From positions 558,001 through 622,000 of the forward strand of contig CDROCS010001101.1 of NCBI GenBank assembly GCA_977020255.1: DNA of 64,000 nt, given 5' to 3'. A program made the translations under genes and the position numbers. Source of the stretch: Obrimoposthia wandeli (lineage: Eukaryota). The notes under the pieces were generated by a model. The model had not been told where the DNA came from, did not search any database, and saw nothing but the letters and a program-made list of their open reading frames with translations. Below, in pieces: positions 61,065-64,000 of this stretch; position 1 is the first letter of the stretch; each line of letters starts with the position of its first letter.

Positions 61065-62651
61065 ATGGACATTAGTCTTAGCACGGCAGCAAAGCTAAAC
61101 TTCTTAGGTAACTCACCTCAGTGGTATAAAATTGCGATCGTGGCCTTTCTTATTATAAACCCTATTATCTTTGCTATTGACCCGTTTATTGCTGGTTGGG
61201 TATTAGTTACCGAGTTTATCTTTACGTTAGCAATGGCACTTAAGTGCTACCCTCTTCAACCCGGTGGTTTACTTGCAATCGAAGCTGTTGCCATAGGTAT
61301 GACTTCTGCAGAACAAGTACAACATGAGCTGGTTAGTAACATTGAAGTATTATTACTGCTGATATTCATGGTTGCAGGCATTTACTTCATGAAGTCATTA
61401 TTGCTTTATGTTTTCACAAAATTATTGATTAACATTAAATCTAAAGCATTGCTGGCTTTGTCTTTCTCTGTTGTATCTGCATTCCTGTCTGCATTCTTAG
61501 ACGCACTAACGGTAATTGCTGTAGTAATTAGTGTTGCGATTGGTTTCTATAGTATCTATCACAAAGTAGCATCAGGTCGTGACTTTAAACATGACCATGA
61601 TCATACCGATGATGCATCTGTTAATGAATTGAAACGTCAAGATCTTGATGATTACCGCGCTTTCTTACGTAGCCTTATGATGCATGCCGGTGTTGGTACA
61701 GCACTAGGTGGTGTATGTACTATGGTTGGTGAACCACAAAACTTGATCATTGCTGAACAAGCTGGCTGGGACTTTCTTGAATTTGCATTACGTATGGCAC
61801 CAATTACAATACCAGTATTTTTCTTTGGTCTACTAACCTGTTTCCTTGTAGAGAAATTTAAAGTATTTGGTTACGGTGCAGAATTACCACCTGCAGTACG
61901 TACTATTCTTGTTGATTTTGATAAGTTTGAAGATGCAAACCGCAGCCAACGCGAACGTGTAAAACTATATACGCAAGCAGCAATCGGTGTTTGGTTAATT
62001 ATCGGCCTTGCAATGCACTTAGCGGCTGTAGGCTTAATTGGTTTATCAGTCATTATTCTTGCAACTGCATTTAACGGTATCACTGAAGAACACGCATTAG
62101 GTAAAGCGTTTGAAGAGGCACTGCCTTTCACTGCTTTACTTGCGGTATTCTTTACCATTGTTGCGGTAATTATTGACCAACAGTTATTCATTCCGTTAAT
62201 CACTGCTGTACTTGCCGCTGACCCACATCAACAACTACCTTTGTTCTATCTAGCCAATGGTATTTTGTCGATGGTAAGTGATAACGTATTCGTTGGTACG
62301 GTTTACATTACTGAAGTAAAAGCAGCGCTGGTTAACGGTACAATTACGCGTGATCAGTTTGACTTACTGGCTGTAGCAATTAACACGGGTACTAACCTAC
62401 CTTCAGTTGCAACACCAAACGGTCAAGCAGCATTCTTATTCTTATTAACGTCAGCCGTTGCACCATTACTACGTTTATCATATGGCCGTATGGTTATCAT
62501 GGCATTACCGTATACTATCGTGATGACGCTAATTGGTCTGGGTTCACTCATGTACTTCTTAGAGCCTGCAACAGCGATGATGCTTGATATGGGTTGGATT
62601 ACTGCCCATGTAGATAGTGCAGCAGACGTTGTAAAATCAGTCGGTCACTAA
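61065..62651 (+). CDS. nhaB: Na+/H+ antiporter NhaB
   Basis: [41 protein letters not shown]. Confidence 0.96.
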   Translation: MDISLSTAAKLNFLGNSPQWYKIAIVAFLIINPIIFAIDPFIAGWVLVTEFIFTLAMALKCYPLQPGGLLAIEAVAIGMTSAEQVQHELVSNIEVLLLLIFMVAGIYFMKSLLLYVFTKLLINIKSKALLALSFSVVSAFLSAFLDALTVIAVVISVAIGFYSIYHKVASGRDFKHDHDHTDDASVNELKRQDLDDYRAFLRSLMMHAGVGTALGGVCTMVGEPQNLIIAEQAGWDFLEFALRMAPITIPVFFFGLLTCFLVEKFKVFGYGAELPPAVRTILVDFDKFEDANRSQRERVKLYTQAAIGVWLIIGLAMHLAAVGLIGLSVIILATAFNGITEEHALGKAFEEALPFTALLAVFFTIVAVIIDQQLFIPLITAVLAADPHQQLPLFYLANGILSMVSDNVFVGTVYITEVKAALVNGTITRDQFDLLAVAINTGTNLPSVATPNGQAAFLFLLTSAVAPLLRLSYGRMVIMALPYTIVMTLIGLGSLMYFLEPATAMMLDMGWITAHVDSAADVVKSVGH

Positions 62652-62682
62652 CACTGAATACCGATAGTTAATCATTCGGTGC

Positions 62683-62711
62683 AAAAAACGTCGCTATATG
62701 CGGCGTTTTTT
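62683..62711 (+). terminator. Intrinsic terminator
   Basis: AAAAAACGTCGC..GCGGCGTTTTTT. Confidence 0.75.
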
Positions 62712-62837
62712 TATGCTTGATATCAATTAATACGGACATAATTTTTATTCTTACATAGTTTTACACTCTTGCGACAATATCAAAACTAACAATATGATAT
62801 AACAGCAAGCAATCATTAAATTTACTTGAGATAATAT

Positions 62838-63362
62838 ATGTACCAGTTTATTTCTAACCTGCCGAAACAACGCCTGCCTTGGGTTTTACTTGCATTGACC
62901 GGCATGGGATTAGAAGCATCAGCCCTTTTCTTCCAGTATGTAATGGAACTCAACCCCTGCGTATTATGCGTTTATGAACGTGTCACGATAATGGGGATTA
63001 TTTTAGCTGGTTTAGTGGGTGCAATCGCCCCAGCCAATCCGTTCATACGTTTTAGTGGTTTTGCATTATGGTTTATCAGTGCAATCTATAGTTTACGCAT
63101 TTCTATGGAACACGTGGATATTCAACTTAATCCATCACCGTTTTCGACATGTGACTTCTTCCCTAACTTCCCTAGTTGGGCGCCGATCCATGAGTGGGCA
63201 CCGTGGATGTTCAATCCAACGGGATTTTGTGATGAAATCAGCTGGCAGTTTTTATCGTATACAATGCCACAATGGTTAATTGTAACCTCTGTGATTTATT
63301 TAACGGTTGCAGTGATTGTCTTTAGTTGCCATATTATCGGCCTAATCAAGCCGACTAAATAA
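62838..63362 (+). CDS. dsbB: Disulfide bond formation protein DsbB
   Basis: PCVLCVYER CxxC, STCDF, GFCDE second Cys pair. Confidence 0.95.
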   Translation: MYQFISNLPKQRLPWVLLALTGMGLEASALFFQYVMELNPCVLCVYERVTIMGIILAGLVGAIAPANPFIRFSGFALWFISAIYSLRISMEHVDIQLNPSPFSTCDFFPNFPSWAPIHEWAPWMFNPTGFCDEISWQFLSYTMPQWLIVTSVIYLTVAVIVFSCHIIGLIKPTK

Positions 63363-63375
63363 CAAGGATAGAACA

Positions 63376-63684
63376 ATGAGTAAAGCAGAATTAACTCAAG
63401 CTCAGCAAGACCAATTGGACGCTAAAGTATTACAACGTTTATTAGCGCATTTGGATGATAACAAACAAGTTCAAAATATTGATTTAATGATCCTTGCTGA
63501 TTTTTGCCGTAATTGCCTAGGTAAATGGTATAAGTCTGCAGCAGATGAGTTGGAATTGGACGTGTCTGACGATCAAGCAAGAGAACGTATCTACGGTATG
63601 ACGTATGCAGAATGGAAAGCTAACCATCAACTGCCTGCAACTGAAGAACAACTTGCGGCGTTTAATGCTAAACCAAAAAAGTAA
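63376..63684 (+). CDS. DUF1244-family protein
   Basis: VQNIDLMILADFCRNCLGKWY, RERIYGM.Y.EWK. Confidence 0.88.
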   Translation: MSKAELTQAQQDQLDAKVLQRLLAHLDDNKQVQNIDLMILADFCRNCLGKWYKSAADELELDVSDDQARERIYGMTYAEWKANHQLPATEEQLAAFNAKPKK

Positions 63685-63722
63685 CCTAGTAACGATGAAT
63701 TAATCGTTAACTGCAAAGACTA

Positions 63723-63759
63723 AAAAGGGCGAGTAAACTCCACGTTTGCTCGCCCTTTT
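63723..63759. terminator. Bidirectional terminator
   Basis: AAAAGGGCGAG..CTCGCCCTTTT. Confidence 0.75.
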
Positions 63760-63785
63760 CTGTATGTTTTTATTAATCGTCGTGA

Positions 63786-64000
63786 TTAACCATATTGACA
63801 AAGATACGCAGTTTCTTGCACTACTTTAACTTGAAACTTACTGTCTGCCGGTACATTAAATTTCTCACCAGCATTAAATGTTTGCCATTCAACTTGTCCA
63901 GGGAGTAACACAGTTAACGCACCAGTGATAACAATCATCACTTCAGCTAATGCTGTACCAAATTCATACTCACCAACAGCCATCACGCCAACACTGGCTT
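63786..64000 (-). CDS. ppnP: Pyrimidine/purine nucleoside phosphorylase (YaiE), 5' end outside window
   Basis: [42 protein letters not shown]. Confidence 0.88.
   Translation of the reverse strand, partial: ASVGVMAVGEYEFGTALAEVMIVITGALTVLLPGQVEWQTFNAGEKFNVPADSKFQVKVVQETAYLCQYG

Noticed and set aside
778-63279. Short ORF-track entries overlapping or antisense to larger genes (e.g. 778-972, 14372-14887, 17169-17498, 26813-27286, 51030-51320, 60360-60782)
   Set aside because: Shadow frames of well-supported genes, with no motifs or RBS.
1-64000. CRISPR array, rRNA/tRNA, intact IS or prophage
   Set aside because: No repeat-spacer periodicity, RNA-gene signatures, transposase or phage structural genes seen.

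Overview
AT-rich chromosomal window from a marine gammaproteobacterium. It looks Moritella/Psychromonas-like; this is an inference from the fadR-nhaB-dsbB synteny and a FadR without the Vibrionaceae 40-aa insertion. No rRNA, tRNA, CRISPR array or intact IS was found. The right half is mostly core genes: uraA, sulA, hrpA, glpT, prkA/yeaG-yeaH-ycgB, fadR, nhaB, dsbB, ppnP. It also carries a stand-alone leuC-leuD-cimA (citramalate) operon. The left half is accessory: tandem TPR-GGDEF paralogues, yceIJ, LysR/oxidoreductase pairs, mdtL-yidZ, a two-MFP RND pump, a Fur-boxed hydroxamate siderophore uptake locus, a DUF1338/lysine-dehydrogenase/aldehyde-dehydrogenase operon, and clusters of same-strand GNAT/LysE/peptidase genes. 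The most unusual signal is at 7.3-10.35 kb. Three directly oriented copies of a ~45-60 bp motif (AATGG-N10-GAGCTT-N5-TGGAC..TTCGCATTA) delimit cargo genes. The middle copy abuts a perfect 16-bp hairpin that hides the SD and start codon of a short ORF resembling the N-terminus of a tyrosine recombinase. Together this suggests a decayed, non-integron, cassette-like recombination system. Also found and missing from the ORF track: a 26-aa Cys-rich small protein, a frameshifted lipoprotein, a racemase with compensated frameshifts, an SOS box and LexA half-site array at sulA, and three VNTRs. Family assignments come from recognised motifs and recall, not database searches.
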